Origin: Candidatus Methanoxibalbensis ujae
Lineage (GTDB): Archaea > Halobacteriota > Syntropharchaeia > Alkanophagales > Methanospirareceae
Assembly: GCA_026134085.1 (NCBI GenBank)
Contig: JAOQIN010000001.1
Span: 85,344 to 145,514, forward strand
Length of the DNA stretch: 60,171 bases
Reading direction: 5' to 3'
The notes beneath the pieces are model-generated. The model did no database searches. It was not told the origin of the DNA and saw only the letters and a program-made list of their open reading frames with translations. Positions 41,577 to 50,144 of this stretch are shown here, piece by piece (positions within the stretch are counted from its first letter, which is position 1; the number at the start of each line of letters is the position of its first letter). The position numbers and the translations under genes were made by a program.

Positions 41577-41822
41577 TCACCGCCTTATATTTTTCCAAAG
41601 ATGTTTCGAGTAATTTTCCATATTTCGCTGAGTCTCTATCTGTCTTTTTATCTCTTCTGATGCTATACGAACGACCTCTCGTATGACGCTGTCATAGTCC
41701 GCGCCTTTGCTCACTTTTATACAGAAAGTCCTTTCAAATCCGCCATATGCCTTCACACCCTCAAGACCTGCGGCGTCGATTGCGGATATTATTGAGCTTT
41801 TGTCTATTATGAGATTTGCCAT
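41577..41822 (-). CDS. Hypothetical protein (frame remains open to about 41951; see findings)
   Basis: ORF with protein-like composition; GGAGGTGA SD lies about 130 nt upstream of the called ATG. Confidence 0.55.
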   Translation of the reverse strand: MANLIIDKSSIISAIDAAGLEGVKAYGGFERTFCIKVSKGADYDSVIREVVRIASEEIKRQIETQRNMENYSKHLWKNIRR

Positions 41823-42157
41823 GCCGCCTATTTTTATACGGTCAGGCGATTCAACGTCCTCACCGCTCAGTCTGAAGCATATGAGAAATGAATCCTCATC
41901 CTCCTGCGCCAGATATCCTCTCAGCTCAAATCTGCCTTTCTCCTCCCTTCCTCATCACCTCCCAGTCTCCCCCTTCATCATCTTACTTCCTCTCAATAAT
42001 ATATGGTGGGGGATACTTTATTTTCTTTCCGCATATAATAGAATTGAATGAAAATCTTTCCAAAAGCAATTTATAGATTTAATAAGTTGTGGCGCGATAT
42101 TATGCATAATTATTGATATTTGTAATTTATATTGCAAATAGGAGAGGGGGAGAGAAG

Positions 42158-42982
42158 ATGACGAAAGATAGAAAGAAGGCTGTAGTGGAGGAGATTCTGG
42201 ACAGAAAAAGGGAGATTATAAGGCGTTTAAGCGTGCGAAGAAGCATGCGAGATGCAGTATTGAATGCGAAAAATGCTGGAAAATGTGCTGTAATTGCGGA
42301 GGTGAAACGCAGAGGTCTCAATGGCAGACAGCAGTTCAGAGTCAGGAATGATAGGTATAATAGGTCTATGCATGTTTACGAGAGTGCGGCGGAAATTGCG
42401 AGGAATATGGAGAGAGGAGGAGCATGCGCGATATCTGTTCTCACGGAATCTGCTTTTTTGGGAGATCTGAGCGATCTGAGGGAAGTGAAAGCCGCTGTTC
42501 GCGTTCCTGTTTTGAGGAAGGATTTCATTTTTGATGAGTTTCAAGTGGTTGAGTCGTATGCGAGCGGTGCTGATGCAATTCTGCTTATAGCGAGGATATT
42601 GAGCGTTGATGACATGAAATCGCTCGCTCTAAAGGCGAGATCGCTTGGCATGGAGACACTTGTGGAGGTTGACCGTGTTTCCGCGGAGAATATTCGCCAT
42701 ATTGATGAAATAGGGGATATCGCCTCGCTTCTCGGCGTGAACAACCGTGACATATTCACACTTGAAGTGGACATCTCAACATTTGAGTCGCTTGCGCACA
42801 GCTTGAGAGATGCGTTTCCGGATGTTCCCCTGGTTGCGATGAGTGGTGTGAAAAGTGCTGAAGATGCCGCTCGCATGTTTGCGGCGGGTGCTGATGCCGT
42901 TCTCGTCGGAACTGCGATAATGGAGTCTGATGACATCAAAGCGAAGGTGCGGGAGATCGTGAAGTGCGCTGAGTGCGGGTGA
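42158..42982 (+). CDS. trpC: Indole-3-glycerol phosphate synthase (stand-alone)
   Basis: IAEVKR, ISVLTE, LRKDFI, GVNNRD, AMSG, VLVGTAIM; start moved to ATG 42158. Confidence 0.92.
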   Translation: MTKDRKKAVVEEILDRKREIIRRLSVRRSMRDAVLNAKNAGKCAVIAEVKRRGLNGRQQFRVRNDRYNRSMHVYESAAEIARNMERGGACAISVLTESAFLGDLSDLREVKAAVRVPVLRKDFIFDEFQVVESYASGADAILLIARILSVDDMKSLALKARSLGMETLVEVDRVSAENIRHIDEIGDIASLLGVNNRDIFTLEVDISTFESLAHSLRDAFPDVPLVAMSGVKSAEDAARMFAAGADAVLVGTAIMESDDIKAKVREIVKCAECG

Positions 42983-42988
42983 CGGAAA

Positions 42989-43885
42989 ATGCGCATTTTG
43001 TTTTTGTTATGCACTCTGTGTGCTGCTTTCCTGTTGTGTGCTGCTCATCAGTCAAACTCGTGTGCTGCTCATCAGTCAAACTCGCCGCGCCATGCGATCT
43101 GCGGAGGCGATTGCATTGAGATAAAGAGGGTGAATATGCTGAGTGAGGATGCAGCGCCGTGCGCTCTGTGTGATGAGGTGAGGTGGAGACCATCAATGAC
43201 AGATCTTGATTTCAATGATGACGGCGTCATAAATCAGACTGATCTTGAGATACTCAAATCTCACTTCAACGAGCGCTACTCCTGTTTTGTGCCGTGGGAT
43301 CTGAACGCTGATCTCCGCTGCGATTATCGTGATTTTTATTATTTTGCGGAGCGTGTCCCTCTTGACCATCTCTTTCGTGTGGCAGCGGAGATTCCTGTGT
43401 GGAATCAGACGAACTTCACGATAGACATCAGGCGAAATGGCACATTCATACTCAATGAATACATACCTCCGAGAAACGCAACCCGCGTTATCACATGGCT
43501 CAGACATTACACCAGCATTGAGCCCCCCAAGGAAGGAGATGTTGTGTGCGTTCATTACACGAGAGACCTGTGTAAAGCAGCATTCAAGGAGCTCGGACCG
43601 AAAAGCATCGCATGGGCATCCTCCGGTGTCCACGCATACGGCATCATATACACGGGAGGAGATTGGCGCGACCTCTCAAACTGGTTCATCATAGACCCCC
43701 TCTGGCAGTTCTACGGAGAAGCAACAGACATATCATGCGCTGTGCATGAGACACATCGCATTGAGATACTGCTTGATGAAGGACGCTTCGGATATTGGGC
43801 AATCCATCTTGATGTCGATTTCAAACGCGGCAGAGTCCTAAATCCTTATAAGGCTGAATTCAGAACAGGCAGTTACAGAGAGTGA
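42989..43885 (+). CDS. Secreted protein with a dockerin/EF-hand-like pair and a putative papain/transglutaminase-like domain
   Basis: Hydrophobic N-terminus; DFNDDGVINQTDL and WDLNADLRCDYRDF; VCVHYT...HAYG...IIDP. Confidence 0.6.
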   Translation: MRILFLLCTLCAAFLLCAAHQSNSCAAHQSNSPRHAICGGDCIEIKRVNMLSEDAAPCALCDEVRWRPSMTDLDFNDDGVINQTDLEILKSHFNERYSCFVPWDLNADLRCDYRDFYYFAERVPLDHLFRVAAEIPVWNQTNFTIDIRRNGTFILNEYIPPRNATRVITWLRHYTSIEPPKEGDVVCVHYTRDLCKAAFKELGPKSIAWASSGVHAYGIIYTGGDWRDLSNWFIIDPLWQFYGEATDISCAVHETHRIEILLDEGRFGYWAIHLDVDFKRGRVLNPYKAEFRTGSYRE

Positions 43886-43933
43886 ACCACGCACTCCTGC
43901 TCCGATGCCCTGTGTCTGCTCCGGTGTCAGAAA

Positions 43934-44947
43934 ATGACAGCGATAGATGTCCGCAACTTGACGAAATGCTTTTCTCCGCAATCTCCTTTCAGGCGGCTCA
44001 TACGGAGAAACCGTGACATTGTGGCAGTTGATAACATATCATTCAGCGTTGATGATGGGGAGATATTCGCACTGCTGGGTCCCAACGGAGCAGGAAAGAC
44101 GACAACTCTCAAAATACTGACGACATTGCTCAAACCAACATCAGGACATGCGAGGGTTGCGGGATTTGATGTGGTCTCTGAGAGGGATGCTGTGAGAAAG
44201 AAAATAGGCATCGTTTTTCAGGAGTCATCTCTTGACCTAAGACTCACAGGTCGTGAGAACCTGGATTTCCACGCGAGAATGTACGGTCTCAGCAGCGTTG
44301 AGAGAAAGCGGAGGACGGAAGAAGTTCTGAAACTCGTTGACATGGAGGAATACGCAGATGTCCTCGTCTCAAAATATTCTGGAGGCATGCGACGGCGCTT
44401 GGAGATCGCAAGAGGCTTCATACACCATCCCGAAGTGCTCTTCCTCGATGAACCAACACTCGGCTTGGATGTGCACACGAGAAGACGCATATGGACTTTC
44501 ATAAAAAAGCTGAATGAAGAGGAAAACATAACAATATTGCTCACCACCCACTACATTGAGGAGGCAGATTTCCTGTGCTCTCGTGTTGCTATCATGCAAA
44601 ATGGAAAGATAATAGCAATAGATGAGCCTGAAAAACTCAAAAATAATGTGAAGGAGGATATTGTAATGATTATATTTGGAAATAGTGAAGATTATATAGT
44701 TGAAAATACGCTCAAAATGTTTTCAGAATTGAATTATGTGCACGATATAATCAGAGAAAACAACACAATCATGCTCAAAGTGGAACATGCGGACATGCAT
44801 ATCGCGGAGATCATTGAGATCGCCCGTATATCGGGTCTTGAGATAAATTCCGTCAACTTCAGAAAGCCGAGCCTTGAGGATGTTTTCATTGAACTCACTG
44901 GAAAGCCGATTCTTGACACACAGCTGAGTTGCATCAGGCATCAATAG
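43934..44947 (+). CDS. ABC-2/DrrA-type exporter ATP-binding subunit
   Basis: GPNGAGKT, YSGGM, LFLDEPT, LTTH, PSLEDVF. Confidence 0.93.
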   Translation: MTAIDVRNLTKCFSPQSPFRRLIRRNRDIVAVDNISFSVDDGEIFALLGPNGAGKTTTLKILTTLLKPTSGHARVAGFDVVSERDAVRKKIGIVFQESSLDLRLTGRENLDFHARMYGLSSVERKRRTEEVLKLVDMEEYADVLVSKYSGGMRRRLEIARGFIHHPEVLFLDEPTLGLDVHTRRRIWTFIKKLNEEENITILLTTHYIEEADFLCSRVAIMQNGKIIAIDEPEKLKNNVKEDIVMIIFGNSEDYIVENTLKMFSELNYVHDIIRENNTIMLKVEHADMHIAEIIEIARISGLEINSVNFRKPSLEDVFIELTGKPILDTQLSCIRHQ

Positions 44948-44989
44948 TCGCATCAGGCATCAATAGATCAAATAATTTTCATCCAGAAA

Positions 44990-45354
44990 TTCTGTTCCTA
45001 TGATGCAACTTCAAGTAACTTCAAGTTCTTCAAGTTTTTTAAACTCCTCTTCTGCGTTCTCTTCTATGGTCTGGTAGGGCTTGGCGTATTTCATGCCAAA
45101 TGATCCGCCTGCTCACGTGCTGTACTCAACACCGACCTTCTCCTCCCTCCGTCGGTTTTAAGCCTTCTGATGTTTATGCTTGAGGAACTGTTGCTCCTTT
45201 AGCTCTTTGATGAAGAAAAGTTTTATCAGGAGTTCTGAACAGATTTTTCTCCTGCCTTCATTCAGTTCTCCTAGGGTCAGCCGCCTGACCACCTCTTTTT
45301 CGGGTTTTCGTTCCATGACAGTTGTTAGTTAAAAATGTTTTGTCTGATACTCTA
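44990..45354 (-). mobile_element. Internally deleted IS630-family remnant
   Basis: Minus strand: ATG 45316 MERKPEKEVVRRLTLGELNE...LFFIK, then KVGVEYS and FGMKYAKPY fragments; candidate left end TA-GAGTATCAGACAAAAC at about 45354. Confidence 0.6.
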
Positions 45355-45419
45355 AATAGGAGATGAATGGAGGATAAGAATGGAAAATAGGATAAGGAAG
45401 AAAATGGTATATTATTCCG

Positions 45420-45898
45420 AGCTCTTCTTCTTATGAAGAAAAGAAGGACGAATATTGCTGCAGGAATTGCTATCGTTGAGAACTCGGGTATTACTGTTGT
45501 TTCAACCGTAGTTGTAACGCGTTCTGTAATGATCACTGGTGGTATAGGTAGTATAATAAGTCCAGTTGCAGTTGCATTGACGGTATGGTTGTAAGTCCCT
45601 GGCGGTGCATCCGAAGGCACATAAATGCTCAGCGTGCTATATTTTGACTCACCAGATATCAAATTCAGCAGGGTTGAATGAGTAACTCCAGATGGGATTG
45701 TCAATAGAAAGAACCACATGCTCGGTTGCTGGATAATCCATCTTACGTTCACTTCGTATGTAGCGGTCTCGCCGGGAAGCACTTCGCAATTGGAGTTATC
45801 TCCATGGTAATTCCAGGGTCTGCTGCAGCTGTCCCTACCATTCCTATATCTACAATGATTAACAGCACAAATGTGGCACATGCTTTTATGTTTTCCAT
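45420..45898 (-). pseudogene. Frameshifted PEF-CTERM surface protein (paralog of 50145-50618)
   Basis: Signal peptide MENIK...AAADPGITMEITPI in one frame; EVLPGETATY...IPEFSTIAIPAAIFVLLFFIRRR in another; shift near 45785; stop after RRRA lost. Confidence 0.78.
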
Positions 45899-46401
45899 TT
45901 TTTTTACAGGCGAATAAGCATCAAACAACATGAATAATGAAAAACTATCTTTTATGGTGACGGTATAGCGGAAAACTGATTGAGTTACTGAAGAAATTTG
46001 ACATTGAAAAGAATAAGATATAGAGACCAAGCAGTGATAGCGATGTATTTCTTCAAGCTTTAGAAGGATAGCTTTGGACATAGAAAGGAATAAAATCATC
46101 CAGATGGTTTATCAAGGAATGCATTGACAGCCTATTCCTTAAGTGCTTGGTGTGAGGTTGAAGAAATCAGATAAAGGGCCATGGAATATCGTTCAGGTAT
46201 TAAACATGAAAGCATTGGAGAAAGGAGCTTGGTTGTGTCTTTAGCTCTTTCAAACAGAGAGCCGAGATTTTCTTTTGCTCCATAACAGTTAAGGAAGAGA
46301 GAGGAAGAGTTTGGAAGTTTGAGGTGGAGAAGAGCTATGGCTGGAACGGGTTCTGCAGGATGTTCGCTACTTCAATGTGGTGAGATGGTGTTATGTATTA
46401 C

Positions 46402-46425
46402 AAAAACGAAATCCTTATATATGAT
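46402..46425 (+). repeat. 24-bp direct repeat, copy 1 (aaaaacgaaatccttatatatgat), BRE-TATA-like
   Basis: Identical to 56227-56250. Confidence 0.85.
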
Positions 46426-46852
46426 GAGTTCGCCTCACGAATGAACTTTGCTATCTCCTCCGCAGCATGCTTTTCAATATCAGATGCGCTCAAAATGAAA
46501 GTTCATTGAATTTCTCGGTGAATTCAGAAAGCTTCAATTCATCCCCTCCATTTATATCATCTCTCAGCGTTAATAATTGAAGATGCGATGATGATTGCAA
46601 ATGCGATGAATGCATTTCATCATGCTCATAATTTCTTATTGCTCTTATTTAAATATTTTTTATATTTTTTAATTCCAGCTTAAACCCCTTGCTTAGCTGT
46701 TACAGTTTAGAGAAGGAGTTGAACAAAGAGGATGCGATGAAGGATACGATATGAGTAGAGATAAGAGCTTTCTTTTCTAGGCAAAGACTGCCATTCCTTA
46801 TGAAATTTTAGCTGAAGAGCTATGATGAAAAGGAAATATTACGGAGAATCCC

Positions 46853-47299
46853 TTATTCCTTATCATTCTCTCTCATACCTTCAGCTTCATCTAATAGTTT
46901 CTTGCAGTTGTTGAATACAAGAACGCACCCGTCAAGTGCCGTTTTTGCGTCTTCAAAGGTGTAAAGCTCATCAGGAGGTAGGGCTAACTCCTCATCTCCA
47001 TACATGCTTGGCTCTCTTTCCCTCCTCAGCACTCTCGAGATGGATGCTACTTTGTCTATTTTCGCCCTGAACCATTCCGGAAAATATTCAGAATTTCTCC
47101 TCAATATCGGTCCTACATCATGAAACTTCGGAGGCTCAATCCCAACAATCCTGAGTGAAGCTTTAAGTGAAAGCTCAACCGCCTCCTGACTCTGCCTGAT
47201 CACATAAGCATAATTTCCATCATTTAAAGCTTCTTTTGCATGCTTTAATCTCTCTTCAGCCTGCCTTAAATACGACCTTGCCATCTGAATGTTATTCAA
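46853..47299 (-). CDS. HEPN-domain protein (toxin of the MNT-HEPN pair)
   Basis: SQEAVELSLKA, KFHDVG, REREPSMYG; overlaps the MNT gene. Confidence 0.88.
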   Translation of the reverse strand: MNNIQMARSYLRQAEERLKHAKEALNDGNYAYVIRQSQEAVELSLKASLRIVGIEPPKFHDVGPILRRNSEYFPEWFRAKIDKVASISRVLRREREPSMYGDEELALPPDELYTFEDAKTALDGCVLVFNNCKKLLDEAEGMRENDKE

Positions 47300-47783
47300 T
47301 CCTTATCACCTCACCAAAACGGTAATCAGGCTTCAAAATCCAATACCACCTTTTACCCATCCTGACCCTCTTTGACCCCAGCTCTCTGAGCTTATTCCTA
47401 ACTCTTTCCAATATTTTTTTGAAAAAGTCTTCCTTGTCGTATGCAATTATCGCATCTTCAATCATATCTAAATAAAGGGGTGAAATCCTCATCGCCTCTT
47501 CTGGCGTCTTTATTATCGGAGAGAAATCAACGGAGTAGCCCTCATCAAAGAGTGCATTCACATAGAATTCTATCTCCCTCTCCACATCCATAAATTCCTC
47601 CTGCCGCTTAATTCTCTCTTCTGGAATTGCATCTATGACTAAAAGCAAGTCTATATCACTATCCTTCCTCATCTCTCCTCTTGCTACGGAGCCGAATACA
47701 ACTAGAGAAATGAATCTTTCACCATATCTCTCCTTCAAAGCCGCGACAAGCTTCTCTATCAACGCCTTATATGGCTCTTTCAT
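47292..47783 (-). CDS. Minimal nucleotidyltransferase (MNT antitoxin)
   Basis: FGSVARG...DSDIDLL; start ATG 47783 or GTG 47810. Confidence 0.9.
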   Translation of the reverse strand: MKEPYKALIEKLVAALKERYGERFISLVVFGSVARGEMRKDSDIDLLLVIDAIPEERIKRQEEFMDVEREIEFYVNALFDEGYSVDFSPIIKTPEEAMRISPLYLDMIEDAIIAYDKEDFFKKILERVRNKLRELGSKRVRMGKRWYWILKPDYRFGEVIRIE

Positions 47784-48007
47784 TTCATCATCAGCCCTCT
47801 TTCCTCCCACCTCGCTCCATCAGACCCCTGCACTCTTCCCCTACTCACTCATTCAAAATTCTCTATGCTTAAATATCGCTTCCACTTTTTATATCTCAAG
47901 CGGAGAAATCGCAAAAAGGAAGAAAGAAAAAGCGAATAAAAGCATTCACACAGGAAATCTAAAAGCGATAACATTTCTTGCTCTTTCGTTTGTTAAAGGA
48001 ACGTCCA

Positions 48008-48184
48008 AGTGCATTCCGATGCGGGAGGAGATTTCCACTGAGAATACCCTTCCTTCATTCCTCCAGCCGTGATAAGACGAACTTTGATGCATGATTTAAA
48101 AGTGCGATTATGAGAGTGGATTTCCACTTGTAAATATCGGGTGAGTGCATTTCAATATGAGAGTAGATTTCCACTTGTAAATAT
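48008..48184 (-). repeat. Three ORB-like repeats left of the cdc6 cassette (48008-48039 degenerate, 48109-48137, 48143-48182)
   Basis: Core GATTTCCACTTGTAAAT; 48143-48182 is the exact reverse complement of 49985-50024. Confidence 0.88.
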
Positions 48185-48503
48185 GCTGCGCAGACGGCGG
48201 CACTGAGGGAATGAAGATGTGGGTCTATACGCTTCGTAGGCTGCCGAATCCTATCCTCCCTCCTGCTCTTGCTTGCTTTTTTCCTTTCACAGGGTATAGG
48301 ACAGTGCCTGCCACTGCGGCGGAAGTAGGGATAAGCTTTAAATAACCTCTTTTTCATTTGAATTATCTTTATTTGAGATTATTAAGAAGGAGAAATGAGA
48401 AAGAAGAGGAAGGAATAGAGGTGAATGAGCATCTCTCCATCTCTTGATTTTTTAGTAAAAAATAGAGGGTTGAGAGAGGGGTCGTCCCGGGAGACCTGCG
48501 GAG

Positions 48504-48814
48504 TTGCGGGATGGCAGGGTCATAAGTGTGTATATGGAGAGGAGACGCTTGAGCGGATTGAGGAGATGGGTGTTGAGCGTTCAGCGTTCATAAGAGGAGC
48601 TGTTGAGAAGATGCTTGGTAGCGATGTTTTTAAGGAGAGGGAGAAACTGCGAGCGGAGGTGCGTCGGTTAAAGAAGCTCTTGCAAGAGAGTGAGCGACGC
48701 ATCAACGCGTTGGAGAAGGAAGTTGCTGAGAAGGAGCGGGTTATCGCAGAGCTGCGAGAGCGTTTAGAAAGGAGGGGGGCGTTAGAAGGGAAGGGGAAGA
48801 AAAATAACAAATAA
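48504..48814 (+). CDS. CopG/ribbon-helix-helix plus coiled-coil protein, apparently with a 1-nt frameshift near 48537
   Basis: TTG-RDGRVISVYM in one frame joins EETLERIEEMGVERSAFIRGAVEKML (RHH helices) and a coiled coil in another. Confidence 0.6.
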
Positions 48815-48926
48815 ATATTAAATACGAGGCAAAGTTTTATTTCAATAGGAAATATCTGAGGCGGGAAGGGAGCCATTTGCAATATTTGAGCGTGGTCTCA
48901 GGATATTCAAGAACAGGGATGCTCTT

Positions 48927-49985
48927 TTGCCGACATGGACGCCGCATCGCATACTTTTCAGGGACGATGAGATCGCACAGATAAGTATAAATCTCGGATA
49001 CTCGCTCATCGGCTCTACTCCTTCTCACATGCTCATTCTCGGACTTCCAGGGACAGGGAAAACAGCAACAGTCCTCTTCGTCATAAATAAGTTGAAGGAG
49101 AAGATAAGAGCAGAGAATATAGAAGATGTTCTCATAAGTTATACAATTTCTGGAAGAACTTCATACAGCACGCTTGTTGAGCTTGCGTCAGACATTGACA
49201 TATATTTGCCGACGAGAGGATACAGTTTCAAGGAAGCTTGGAAGAAGTTCAAGGAAGAGATAAGGGATAAGATTTTCATTGCTGTGATAGATGAAATAGA
49301 TTTGTTAATATTAAATGGAGGGAGAGATATTCTTTATTATTTGTCTAGGACGCCGAAAATGTCAATAATAGGAATATCTAATATTCTCAATGTATTGGAC
49401 TTGATAAAGGATCCGAGGGTGAGAAGTTCATTCTCTCCTCAGATTCTCGTTTTCAATAAGTATAATGCGGAGCAGCTGAGAGGAATACTTGAGGACAGGG
49501 TGAAGGAGGCGTTCTATTCTGGTGTTGTTGAAGAAGGTGCGATCGCACTCTCTTCAGCTCTCTCAGCTCAGAGAGGGGGAGACGCAAGATTTGCTTTGGA
49601 CCTCATGCTTAAAGCAGGCGAGAAAGCGGTCATAGAAGGAAAAGATAAGATAGATGAGTCGCTCATATATGATGTTGTTGATGATGTTGAGACGCTGCAT
49701 GTGAAGCGAGCGATAGAGAAGCTACCTCTCGCTCACAGATATCTGCTCTCAATAATAGCAGCGAATCAGGGATTATCTCCATCTGAGATATATGAAATAT
49801 ACAACAGGAACGCTCCTTCCCCTCTCACTCGGCGAAGACTCTCATCTTTCCTCTCTGAACTTGAACTATTCGGCATAATAAGAATAGAGAGGAGAGGGAG
49901 GGGTCGTGGCAGGGGCATAGAATACAGCGTTTTCCTGACAGAGCCTCAACTCAAGAGGATGCTTGAGGACATTTCACTTTCTTAA
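48927..49985 (+). CDS. cdc6: Orc1/Cdc6 replication initiator (true N-terminus extends upstream to about 48852-48867)
   Basis: In-frame IFKNRDALLPTWTP, Walker A GLPGTGKT, Walker B IDEID, DPRVRSSF, YNAEQL, GDAR, winged helix ELELFGII...GRGRG. Confidence 0.92.
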   Translation: MPTWTPHRILFRDDEIAQISINLGYSLIGSTPSHMLILGLPGTGKTATVLFVINKLKEKIRAENIEDVLISYTISGRTSYSTLVELASDIDIYLPTRGYSFKEAWKKFKEEIRDKIFIAVIDEIDLLILNGGRDILYYLSRTPKMSIIGISNILNVLDLIKDPRVRSSFSPQILVFNKYNAEQLRGILEDRVKEAFYSGVVEEGAIALSSALSAQRGGDARFALDLMLKAGEKAVIEGKDKIDESLIYDVVDDVETLHVKRAIEKLPLAHRYLLSIIAANQGLSPSEIYEIYNRNAPSPLTRRRLSSFLSELELFGIIRIERRGRGRGRGIEYSVFLTEPQLKRMLEDISLS

Positions 49986-50084
49986 TTTACAAGTGGAAAT
50001 CTACTCTCATATTGAAATGCACTCGCACTGCACTCGCATACACCATCATGCATTTACAAGTGGAAATCTACTCTCATATTGAAA
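49985..50084 (+). repeat. Two ORB-like direct repeats right of cdc6 (49985-50024 and 50052-50084)
   Basis: ATTTACAAGTGGAAATCTACTCTCATATTGAAA occurs twice; the first copy overlaps the cdc6 TAA. Confidence 0.9.
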
Positions 50085-50144
50085 CCTCGCCACCTCTATT
50101 AATAAAAATCTGAATAATGTTATTACTTGGTTTGAGAGCGAATT

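Noticed and set aside
45950..46850. Additional genes between the PEF-CTERM pseudogene and HEPN
   Set aside because: Only short broken frames with no recognisable motif; probably decayed DNA.
49985..50084. Mini-CRISPR array (33-bp repeat ending ATTGAAA, 34-nt spacer)
   Set aside because: Only two copies; the 'spacer' is internally repetitive (gcactcgca x2) and begins with bases shared by the inverted left copy; left-side spacing is irregular; no cas genes nearby. ORB-like sites beside cdc6 explain it better.
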